From Rhizophagus irregularis (Eukaryota): a stretch of 64,000 nt of DNA. Positions within the stretch are counted from its first letter, which is position 1; every line of letters starts with the position of its first letter. Shown here one piece after another: positions 1 to 11,010 of this stretch. The DNA is taken from assembly GCF_026210795.1 (NCBI RefSeq), contig NC_089433.1, forward strand, positions 682,001-746,000, in the 5' to 3' direction. Below the pieces are notes generated by a model. That model was given only the letters and a program-made list of their open reading frames with translations, was not told the origin of the DNA and searched no databases. The position numbers and the translations under genes are program-made.

Positions 1-15
1 AATCATCAATTCTTC

Positions 16-1099
16 TTAAACAAAAGATCTTTCAGGATGTTTGAGTATATAATCATCATTATTAATTAACCCAAAGGGGACTTCTTCCAACCAGTATAAG
101 ACCAGTTGATTTTTTTGCACCATAGATTGACGGATATGATAAATATGAGGTGACCAATTCAAATCACCAGTACGGTGTCTTCCACCCTTCAAATCACTAG
201 AATATAGTAAATATCGAACAAGAACATTACCAGAAAGCTTCTCTTCATCAAAGTCTATGATAGGGCCATCCTGAGGATAAGAAGGCTTAGCTAAGACCTC
301 TTCTTTCTCTATTGCATCAACAGGAGAAATACCAAGCTGGCATGTGATAGAATCATTAATATATTTGACAACAATAGGCAAATTTCTTACCCAAGTTCTA
401 GATATCTTATTCATGTGTAAAGTTAAAAGGTTAGAGGCATTCTGAGATCGAAACAGATTTTTAGTTAAGTCTCCATTAAATTTTTCAGTAATACCTATAG
501 TATTTTTAGATTTGGCCTTTTGAATTTTTACATTATACTCTCTCATTAATTTCTCACAATTGCCTCTAAACTCTGGACCCTTATCAGTTAAAAATGTTTC
601 TGGCCAAACAAAAGGATACTCAGGATCATTATAGATTTTCTCAAGAGCTCTAGCAATAGTCTTTAAAGTTAAGATTCCCTGCCTATCTTTAACACTATAT
701 GTACCAATAGGAATAGATACTTTATATTTTGAAGTCACATCCACCACATTAAGACAAAAAAGATAGGTAATCTGACCTACTTTATCATAAGGCATGTAGA
801 AAACATCTGCCTGATGAACTTTATTAGGAGTGGTAATAGAGCAAAAACTTGCTTGAGGAATATATTTAGGACGAGGCTTATATATCTGATATACAGCCTG
901 TCTTTCAAGCCAATCTTTCACTTCATCTAGAGTAAAATCATACCCATCTTTAAGAGATACTTCAAACAATTTTTTCGCATTTCTTTGGTAGCCAATAGGC
1001 TGGTAATAAATCTTCTGCAAAGCAATAAAAAAAATCAGGTTTTCGAGCTTCATCTGAATCTATCTGAATAATAGGAATCAATGGGGGTTAAGTAGGCAT
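16..1099 (-). CDS. Retroviral-type (rve) DDE integrase of Maverick/Polinton c-integrase type, probably degenerate
   Basis: ORF 16-1053 has HQADVFYM (D1), FLTDKGPEF (D2) and GITEKFN (E), plus the N-terminal 'VKDWLERQAVYQIYKP' typical of Polinton integrases. The probable original ATG at 1099-1097 (MPT*PPLIPIIQIDSDEARKPDFFIALQK) needs one stop and one indel. Confidence 0.85.
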
Positions 1100-2305
1100 A
1101 TATTGATTTACTAGACAGCAATTTAGAATTGCGAATAAAGTTGACTAAAGAGGAACCTATTACCATTAGAAATAAGGAAAAGATTCGCAAGCTCACAAAT
1201 GATCTAGAGTGATGTGAGCTATATATCAAATATCTTGAAAAAAATCTTATTTCACAAGAGGATGAGATAGATAAATTAAAAGTAGAATACTACTCCATCT
1301 TACATAATCTCAAAAAATGTCAGAATAATTTAAAGCTAAAGGAAGAGGCATTAGTCGCTCAAGATAACCGAATCATTCTGCTAGAAGGTACAGTAAAAAA
1401 GCTCAAAAGCCAAATTCTCAAGATATCACATTTTCAAAATAACAGTAATAAACTTTCTGAAGAAGACGAACAAGAAAATATGGCACTGCAAGATATTTTA
1501 AGGAATGTTGGTACAGCTCTAGATCAGGTTGAAAATTATATTGATGGAGTGGATACAACATTTAATCCAAAAAATACTCTAAATGGAATACGGATCTCAT
1601 TAACAACTGTTCGTGATCATATGCAAAGGTATGCTCAAGATGCTATTAACTTACAAGGTTTACTCTATATAGCTAATGGGCAGATCAATAATCTTATGAA
1701 TGACTTAACAAATACTAGGAATGATGTATTTCAAAGAACTCAGTTGTTAAATTTAACATATAATAATGAGGCAAATGAACATCATCGTTGGTATCTGACT
1801 TGGCTGAATTCAATCGGGTATGGGTATTTAATCGATATCAAAAATGGAAGGCTAGGGAATTAAATTCGCGACAAATTATCTTAAATTTACAAAACAATCT
1901 TCTAGCAAACAAGGCGAATATGGCAGATGTAAACCAACTTTTAGGCCTACAATTGGCCTCCCTTCCATTTTATGATGGACAAAAAGAGCCAGATTCATAT
2001 TATGCTAAACTTAGAACTATAAACGAATCAGCCTGATCTTTAGCAGTTGCAGGATTTAATGTGGCTGCCAGAACTAATGTCATGAAAGGAAAAATGACTG
2101 AAAGATTTCATCCTGTTCCAGCTAATGATCCATACACAGCAGGAAATCTAGCTATTAATACAGAACCTCTCTTTCTGGTATAGCTACAGGGAAGATATAG
2201 AGAGATAATGGTTGGAACTAATCGGGATGCACTAAGGGTTTTATGAATGAAAAATTTACTGTAATGGATACGGCAGATACTTATGAGAAAAGGGTTAAAC
2301 CATAT

Positions 2306-2549
2306 CACTGGTCAAAAACCAATATATCGGGTAACAGATATGTATCAGATATGTACCCGATATGTGTAGTATTAATGCTAAAAATTGGGTACCCGATATG
2401 TATATGATATGTAAATGATATGTAGACGATATATATATTTATACATATCTTACACATATCGGGTACCCGATTTTTAGCATTAATACTACACATATCGGGT
2501 ACATATCTGATACATATCTGCTACCTGATATATTGGGTTTTGACTAGTG
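2306..2549. mobile_element. CACTA/EnSpm-type non-autonomous element (MITE)
   Basis: Termini CACTGGTCAAAA...TTTTGACTAGTG with long inverted arms and a 3-bp TSD TAT (2303-2305 / 2550-2552). Removal restores the frame EKRVKPYVQG. Confidence 0.9.
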
Positions 2550-2848
2550 TATGTTCAAGGAATTTCTTATGCGGATGCTATAGAATATCTTTATGGATAT
2601 ATGCTTCAATATATAGAAATAAGACTTAGGCAAGCCAATCCGGCTAATTTGGATGTTTTCTTTACAGATTTGTGAAGAATTTGGTTGAAAAGTAGGGGGC
2701 AAATTGCAGAACAGCAACCTTTTCTCAGCTAGACTTTACCTATTATTCAATCACCAAAAGATGATTTTAAAATTCGGCTAGCAAGGGATTTGGCATATTC
2801 AGGAATAGTAACAGATGATGCAACATTAGAAAATTTTATCTATGAAGA

Positions 2849-3238
2849 TAGAGATCCTGGGCAAAACTGAAATATTTAGTCATTTGACTAAACCGAAATA
2901 GTTTAGACATTTAAAATTAAAAAACGAAATGCCGAAATTTAATATTTCATAGTATTTCCATAGATTTTTTATAGATTTCCATAGATTTTTAATTATAATA
3001 ATTACTTATAAAAAAAAAATAATAAATTTATATTAAAATATAATATTTTTTAAAGGAATTTATAAAACTATTTTATGTATAATATAATTTAATATATTTT
3101 TATAATAAAATTATAATTTTATATAAATAAAATTTAAACTTAAAAAATATTACTATATAGTTTAGTCAATGACGAAACTGAAACTAGTTGGTGACGAAAC
3201 CGAAATTTTGGCAAAAAGAGTTTAACTAGGTATTACTA
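2849..3238. mobile_element. hAT-like MITE
   Basis: TAG...CTA termini, subterminal CGAAA repeats and an 8-bp TSD TATGAAGA/TATAAAGA (1 mismatch). Removal restores ENFIYEELQKRL. Confidence 0.75.
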
Positions 3239-3611
3239 TATAAAGAACTTCAAAAGAGGTTAAGAGGCAAAACAGCTCATGTTAAAAAGAGTCCCTTTAC
3301 ATCTAGAAGTACCTATGCCATAAAGAAGATTGTTAGAAAGATAGTACCAAGCAAAGCGCCTATCGGCAAAGTATCAAGTAAACTTGTCTGACATTGCTCA
3401 GCATGCAGAAAGGCTGGTCATATAAAGGTTAATTGTCCTAAAGGTAAGCGGACTAAAAAAGTTAATTATGTATATCAAGATGAGGTAGAAGATCCTGAAG
3501 CCTCTGAAGAAGAATACATAGTGGAAAGCGAAGTTGATTCTGAAGAAGAGGAAATCGAAAATGATGATGTCAAATATGTTGAAGAAGATGATAGTGAATC
3601 TAGAAACTGTT

Positions 3612-4953
3612 ATGCATCAAAAAAAAGCGGTGCGAAGTGAAGTACCTATGAAAAAGAAGTCCTCTACTTCCAAATCTCATGCTGAAAGTGCTAAAACAAA
3701 GAGGGCATCAGGCAATATAACAATGGCCACAGAACAAATGAAAAAAATAGCCTTAAAATCTATGGTATCATCAGTAGTCCTACATTGTCCTAAAAAGATT
3801 CTTGTAGAAATTGCAAAATTTCTTAATATGATATATTCCAAATTAAAAGGCCATTACTTAAATACTGTTATGCCAAATGATACCATTAAAAGAAGGGAGT
3901 TAGCATGGGAGAATGTTAATAGCTATATTCAAGATATTTTATTACCACTATTACAGGCAGTAAATACTGAGCAAAAGCCTCTTTTACAAGTCCTAGATGA
4001 TAAAGAATCAATCCACAACTTAAATGAAGAGAACCTGGCAGATTCTACTAAAATAGCCATTAGCCATTCAAACACTTCGCAGACGCTTCGCAAGAAAATT
4101 AATATTACATACTCTAGCCAGTCAGAGAATCCCTCTGACTTAGTCTGATTAGACTATGCTATTAAGGTCTATGCTCAGCATCATTCAGCAGAAAAAAAAA
4201 AGTGACATGCAAAGCGTCTCACAGCTGATTCCTATATATTGGCCTAAACCATTAGAGATAAATTTTCTCCAAATAAAGAATGCTGACGATGTTGCAACTA
4301 TTTATTGTAAGATAGGAAGTTTAGAAATACCTTGTGCAATGATTGATACAGGATCAGATTCTTCTATATTTTCAGATAATATTGCAGAATTAGTTGAAGA
4401 GCTTTTGGGTATCAAAATTAATAGGATAAAGATCTACAGTCAACTCTTATTATAACGAACCCTAGGTTCCAGACCTCAACTTTACTATAGGACTATAGTG
4501 AAGATTTTAAGAGATTTGATTAGTTAATTCGTTATAGCAAGGGGAAATTTATTATAGTTGTCTAAAAAATTCACTATATCAAAGGTTCGCTATATCAAGG
4601 TTTGACTGTATACGCTTAATGGAGTTGTAAGCAAATCTCTATTCATTGGTACTATGGAGGATATTCCTATAACAATTGGTTCAGGAGAAAATACAACCAC
4701 TATTACAGATGAATTTTCTGTTGTGCCTGCGGAAAAGAATTAGAATGGAAATGCTAAATCTTTAGTAATTCTTGGGACACAATGGCAATATTGAGCTGGA
4801 TAGGAGCCTTTAATAAAAGGAGAATTTAAGGCTACATGTAACGGAAAGACTATCACAATCCCCCTATCAGTTCACAAATCCCAGCGTAATGTCTTCACTG
4901 TAGGAAAGGAGCCAGAAGAATGGTTTCCTGTAAAGCCAAAAAAAACTAGATGA
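3612..4953 (+). pseudogene. Post-Gag region ending in a retropepsin-like aspartic protease
   Basis: AMIDTGSDSSIFS (DTG at 4345-4353), flap-like 'IYTLNGVVSKS' after MITE removal and 'VILGTQW' at ~4765-4785. Internal stops are present and no RT motif follows. Confidence 0.8.
4437..4608. mobile_element. Tc1/mariner (pogo-like) MITE
   Basis: TIR CAGTCAA...TTGACTG with a TA TSD on both sides. Removal restores KIYTLNG. Confidence 0.88.
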
Positions 4954-5215
4954 TCGGGCATGTATGTATTGTAAAAAGGAATTCAGATATCCTTATTTAT
5001 TTTTACGTCATAAAAAAACTAAATGCTGGATTAATAGCGAGTCTACAATGAGTCTACAACAAGATAAAGTCAAGTTTACGTTGGGTAATGTTGAGTCTAC
5101 AATGAGTCTACAGCGGGTTAATATCAAGTCTACAATGAATCTACAACCAGATAATGTCGAGTCTAGAATAAGTTCACAACCAGTCAATGTTGGGTCTAAG
5201 ATTAAACTAGACTAA
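4950..5215 (+). CDS. Small C2H2/C2HC-like zinc-finger protein with 13-aa repeats (5' end probably frameshifted)
   Basis: C(M)YCKKEFRYPYLFLRHKKTKC and repeated (N/V)ESTMSLQ units encoded by ~39-bp DNA repeats. Confidence 0.5.
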
Positions 5216-5232
5216 TCATCTTAGACAGATTT

Positions 5233-6195
5233 TCAGAAAGTATATTTTTTTTGGATATTTAGATTACTCTTTGCATCTTCCCGTTTTCTAGTCCAATATT
5301 CAGCATCATGAAAAGAAATAAATGTATTTGGCTCAATTGTCCCATCACTTCCAGCACTAGGATTGGAGAATATTACTCGATCATTGAGAGCTATAATTTT
5401 TAGGTCTTTAGTAAAAATAATATCCTCCAAATCTTTACATACAGAATCGGCAGTCTTCTTTATATCCCATTTTTCATTCATAAGCTGGGAAATAGTAGAG
5501 GATAACTTGCCAATCTCCTTATCTTTTATAGCATTAGCTTTATCCAAAGCAGAGATATGAGATTTATATTGCTTCTCTAGCTCAGCTAAGTGTGAATTAT
5601 GCTGGGATTCCAATTAATATTTAAATGAATATGTCTTTTATTTCATATCTACCATGCAATTATTATATTCACTCTCTAGACGAGACTTAAGAGCATCATA
5701 TTCATCTTTTAGATATTTACATTCCTCAGCAACCTGGGCCTCAATAGTTTTCTTAATATTATTCTCCTGTTGCTATACATGAAGCTCACGTTCCTCTAAC
5801 TGTTTTTCAAACCCATCTAACCAGGATAATGTACTAGAACCATCAGAGAAGGTATTTGCTTCGATCTTAATCTTCTGGCAATTTTTTTTATTAAAGTATC
5901 TATCAACTTCTCTAGTAAGCAATTCCTCAATATCCGAATGAATACTTTTAGCCTGTTCCTCAAATAAGGGATTATTTTTGCGGGTTGTAAGATGCAACCA
6001 TGCATCTTTTTTCATGAATGGGGGTAATTGGTCAAACAAATTCTTATAGTGTTCGTTGAAATTTGGTTGGCTGGACATATATTCGATTATAGGTAAGTGA
6101 TATAATCTTGGAAAATTCCTGGAAAAAAATATTTCTGGAAGTTCAGAAATTCCATATTTTCCTAGAAGTTTGGGTATTCTATTTGTTTCCAGCAA
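5233..6195 (-). pseudogene. Coiled-coil hypothetical protein (split)
   Basis: Two same-strand ORFs (5773-6195, 5233-5613) are joined by stop-interrupted coding-like sequence rich in E/K/L heptads. Confidence 0.45.
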
Positions 6196-6399
6196 AACTT
6201 TCCACCTAAAAATTAGCCAAAAAATTAGCCAGGCCTAGATTCTGGGAAAAAATACTAAGATTATTCTCAGAAAATTCCTTCTAAACAATTGTAATTTCTG
6301 TTCCATCATCTAATTTTAATACTGGTCGATTAAGATAGTTTATAGATGGTAGTAAATTATTTTGTTTTGCATACAGAGACGAGATAAATATTTCGCTTG

Positions 6400-7055
6400 T
6401 ATTACTTCTGCAATTCGATGATTGATAAGAAGTTGGTGAAACCATCTCTTGGTTACCAGAGGTAATAGAAATACAAGCTGGCTCGAAATTTGAAGCACTT
6501 AGTTGCTATAGTTGCAGTATTAGCCTTGAAGCAAAAGTAATTCTAATGATTCTTCATCAAATCTTCAGACTCAACCTCATAGGCCCATCTCCCCAGCCAC
6601 TATAATATTCCTTTCTAGGCTCTACTTTGGTAATCTTTACCAATTTCTGGCATTTAAAGCAGATAGCCATCTGACTTTTATGGACACTAGGTCTACGATA
6701 TTCAAAGGGGTACTATATAAATCACCATTAACATAGTATGTTGTGGATTTTACTTGCCCAAAGGAAGCGAAGAGGCAATACACATGATATAAACTATATC
6801 CTTGCTTAGAAAGTAGTTCTTGCAGAGAACCTCTTACACGATTAGCCATTGCTGAGGAGTTTCATGAGGTCTAATAATAGATAAATAATCATATTGTTTT
6901 TCTATTTCAACCACTTTTTCATATCGATAGTTATCAGTTTGAGGTCGATAGTTAAAAACATGTTCCATATCATATCCAGGGCGGAGATTGATAGGTTTAG
7001 GTACAATTTTATTATAAACCCTATCTATAATGATTTTAACCATGTCACCAGGCAT
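6400..7055 (-). pseudogene. Fragmented hypothetical gene
   Basis: Overlapping ORF pieces 6834-7055 and 6637-6849 are joined by a frameshift; no recognisable domain. Confidence 0.35.
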
Positions 7056-7502
7056 AGCTATGCTAGTATAACTAATTATTAGTAAATTAGAGATTTATAG
7101 CAATTTCAGAGTTTTATAGTATTTTTAATGAATTCTGACAATTCTTTAGCAACTTATACTAGATAATATCACCATTCAAATTTATACGGATTTAATTAGC
7201 GGTTAATTGGTTTGTAGCCTATCTGTGAGACTACATGCTAGTAAATCCAAAATTCATTTTTTTTTATTCGATTACGAGCATATCGAGATTTATATAGGGT
7301 CATATCTAGCCGGCTATGCTAATTTTATATTTACATGCATATGCATAGCGCCTTCGGCTAAATTGGTTTGTACTGTATATCGTATTACATGAAATCTCCC
7401 TTAGTTCCCCGATAGTTCTAGGAATGTTCCAGGAGCGATCCCTCTGGGATCAGCTGGCGAGTTTCTATATATCACGAGATGATCGGCCAATCAGATTTCG
7501 GA

Positions 7503-7940
7503 TTTTTTCTGATGGTAGAGTCTGGACACGGTGTCCGGGCTCGTTATACACATTTAAAAAATAAAGCCCGATATGGGCCGGATATGCAAATGCTTTATTA
7601 TATGTTTGAGAATACATGTGAAACGAAATTCTTTTTTTTTCTGATGGTAGAGTCTGGACACGGTGTCCAGGCTTAACTTGCGCAGAAAAAAGGATTAATC
7701 ATATGGCGCAGTAGTCAGCAAATTAGCCATGGTTTTTTATTCGAAATCTTATTGGAAGTAGCAAATTATTTTCCATGATGTTCGGGCAAAAAGTACTTTA
7801 TATTATATTTAGCAGTTCATTGATGCATGTCAAACACTAAAATAAAACCCCCAAAATGCTTTATTAATACATGTTGAAATACATGTGCAAGAAATACTAT
7901 TTTTTCTGATGGTAGAGTCTGGACACCGTGTCCGGGCTCG
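7503..7940. repeat. Three copies of a ~40-bp motif with a palindromic core
   Basis: TTTTTTCTGATGGTAGAGTCTGGACAC(G/C)GTGTCC(G/A)GGCT at ~7503, ~7632 and ~7900. Copies 2 and 3 also share the upstream AAATGCTTTATTA...ATACATGTG. Confidence 0.9.
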
Positions 7941-8598
7941 TCAATATTGCGCAGAAAAAATGAAATAAATCATGTGGTGTAGTAAAGTATGTCAAGTGAT
8001 AATTTATCGCAGTACTCTGTGAAAAAATCATGTGACACTGTGAAAAAAATTCACGCACTTTTTCTTGGCAAAAATGATCTGTATAGCTAAAAAAAAGAAA
8101 CGTGTAACTGACATAACTCATGGCGCAGTATTTTTTTAATCGTCACCAGGGCGCAGTAAAATGTGGCACAATATTACGTGCTTTTAAAACTTCAGCAATT
8201 ACATAATTGGTATCATCTACTCATTTTACCCGTGCTATTTTTTCTTTGCCTGTAGTATTGAAATTCTAAACATCTTTTGGGCATAATTAGAACATTTTGT
8301 GTAACCTTTCTCGAAGCCATAAAAATCATATGACAAAAATTTTGCTGATCTTTGGGTCAGGAAATCCTATCTTTTGAGCATATCTATTGGTAACAGCGAT
8401 TACATCACAATAAAGTATACACGAGTTAAAAATAGAATGTAATATTATGGACAGGTTTCAAAGTTATGCATTAAGTGATAAGTTTTTTTTGCATTTTCTA
8501 ATTTGGGCATAATTTAGACAAATCAGATTGCGTATGGACTAATTTTCAACAAGTCATTTCATTTCACTTCTGAAGCAATGCAATCTGTATTAAGTATG

Positions 8599-9940
8599 TC
8601 AAGGTGATAGGTTATCTAAATATGCACTTAGTGGACCTTCATGTCGTTGATTCAAGAAAAAAAGTCCTCCTCCACTCCAGTGGACATAAGTAAATTGGTC
8701 CAGTACATCATTCCCGATGAGGGAAGAATCCACCTAGTCACCGGCCTTTCATTCCCACACCCAAAGCGTATTGGTCTGGACCCATCTGCTCCAATTATTA
8801 TCATCCCCAATAGATACTTGAAATGGGTCTGTAGCTAAAAACAAGTTAGCAGGTACTCCATATCCAGGCGCAACTACCGCTTGTCTTTCCCATCCTGTTC
8901 CTAGGTATGAACGGACTTCGTAGGGTAGTATTGTCTCTGGAGCACCTGTGTCAATAACTGTCTTGTAAAGTTTATTCCGATTTTTTGTATCATTAAATCG
9001 ATAAGCAAGAGTAATAAAATTTGTATTTTCGTCTCCAACTCTTTTGACTCGAACTTGAATCTTTATTAATATTATTCTTTATTAACAAAAAACTAAATAG
9101 CAAAGCAAATTATATAGATCAAAAAAAAAGTGTGAGTTTAAATGTATCAAACCATATATTCTCCCCCACCAGCAGAACGTTGGGAAAGTACTGCTCTCGC
9201 TGCGGGAATTTTAGGATTAAGAAATTCTCCACGAAGTAATGAATCTACTGGGAGATAAAGGGCACCAGGCATTTCACGATCAAGATCTGACCGTTGCTTA
9301 TTTGACTTCTTTTCTCCATATTCAACCACACTCTGCTTGTACACCAGCACCCAATCCTGTTTATGTTCATCAAACATTCCATTATCAAGACTATTATAAA
9401 AATAAATGCAATTTAGCGCGTATTCTTGATCATCTTCGGTTACATCGTTATCAGTGAAAACCCAGAAGACTTGATCTCTGGTGTTTTGGGGCATAGAAGT
9501 AGGCCATCTGAAATCATTTCCCATACGATCTATAAAGATGTTAGTTAATTAGACAATAGAATAATATAATATACAAAATTTTGGTCGTACCTAAAAATCT
9601 CTGTGCCTCATCAGTATCTTTTTCATACGCACGAAGGGAATCCACAGTTTTGGGTGGAGTTTCAAGAATGAAGGGAGTCTAATTCCTCGATGATTTGAGC
9701 TGAAGTATCTTTAGCTGTGGCCACAATATTTTGTTTCGTATTAGTTGAAGTACCTTCAGCATTTCCTTCGACATTAACAGCTTCGACATTAACAGTCTCG
9801 CTTGCTGGGGTAATAATAGTAGACTCACCTTTAGCTGTAATTAGCAGAATATTCAGTACAATATGATTGAAAGTTCTACATTAAACCTTGCAAAAAACCG
9901 AACCTTTCTTTCTAGAAAATATTCTTTTGAATTTTTTCAT
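8599..9940 (-). pseudogene. Spliced gene: DUF5678-like domain fused to a retropepsin-like aspartic protease
   Basis: Four exons with GT-AG introns (~9903-9835, ~9590-9530, ~9151-9061). Exon 3 has 'FDEHKQDWVLVYKQSVVEYG'; exon 4 has 'TVIDTGAPETILP' and 'SSLIGNDVLDQF'. There are two in-frame stops (TGA, TAG) and one frameshift. Confidence 0.75.
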
Positions 9941-10399
9941 GGCTGTAACGAGTACAAATCACCTCATGGCAAGCTTTCTAATAAATACTTTATGATTGAT
10001 TTTTATTTTTAATTTTTAATATCTATGTGAATACTTTATGATTGATTGATGTAAGTTATCAGAATATTTAACAATAAAAGATCATCACATGATCATTTTG
10101 ACTTTCTAATACTGCGCCAAATTTCGCACGTGCCAACAATCGATTTTCCTGAATAACATATCTGATATATATAATTTTTTTGCTTTACTTGTACAAGGTA
10201 GATAAAAAGATTCATTATCTAGGGGCCTTTCCTATTTATATGACTTTAATGTTTTAAGGATATATTTTGAAAGCTTGAGTATATGGGGGAAATTTCAAGA
10301 ATAAATTATATGATGCATCAATATGTAAATATATTGTACTTAATTTTGTTCATACTATCTTTTACTGCCTTGACTATTGATCTGCCATTTGGCATACAA

Positions 10400-11010
10400 C
10401 AATGCCATTATGTGGCTATGATTGCGAACTTAAGTTTTTTGCTTGAAGTGTTGCAGGTAAGACAATATTCCCACTTATCTTGAGATAGCAACTTCGCTAA
10501 TTCAGGATTATAAGGGAACTGATTCCCATTTTTGCAGTACCATGAGCCATGTAATCCATAATTCCCATGTTTTCCATTACAAATAGGGCATGGTGAGCTC
10601 CACGGCTGAAGTGATGCAAAATTATAATTATCAATTCCCCTAAAACTATTTCAGAATTTCAAGTATGGAAAGTGCTCTAAGATGGATTTGATAATTAATT
10701 CTGGATTGGGTCTGGCTTTGAAAATAATAAGTTTGAAATCAGAGGCTTGGCCAGAGGCGCTAAAGCAAGGTTTTTCTGATATACTTATCACAGCTTCTGT
10801 TAATTGCTATGGTTCATTTCCATTTTCTTTTTTATATCTTTTATATAATTTGAAACGAATCTTATCTGTCAAAATACTTGGTAACCCAGTTAATTTGGCA
10901 TACTAATCCAGATAATCAGCAGTTAGTATTTTAACAAACTCAGTCATTTTCCTTTTTATATGATTGCAGACAATTTAAATCTCTTTTTTTTCATATAGAC
11001 CTATTCATTT
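10400..11010 (-). pseudogene. Hypothetical protein with a CPICNGKH zinc-binding module
   Basis: Stop-interrupted frame reading 'LEHFPYLKF*NSFRGIDNYNF...PCPICNGKH...YCLTC'. Confidence 0.45.

Larger units (their letters stand above)
1081..3640 (+). pseudogene. Gag-like polyprotein: coiled-coil N-terminus, capsid-like region, CCHC zinc knuckle, acidic tail
   Basis: ATG 1081 is in frame with ORF 1480. It contains 'LPFYDGQKEPDSYYAKL' and an MHR-like 'EKFTVMDTADTYEKRVKPYVQG' once the MITE is removed. CSACRKAGHIKVNC (Cx2Cx4Hx4C) lies at 3395-3436. There are several stops/frameshifts and two MITE insertions. Confidence 0.7.

Noticed and set aside
1081..4953. Ordinary Ty3/gypsy LTR retrotransposon
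   Set aside because: No LTR, PBS, RT or RNase H is visible, and the adjacent integrase is on the opposite strand and Polinton-like.
7503..7940. CRISPR-like array
   Set aside because: Only three repeats with unequal, partly homologous spacers, no cas genes, and a eukaryotic context.
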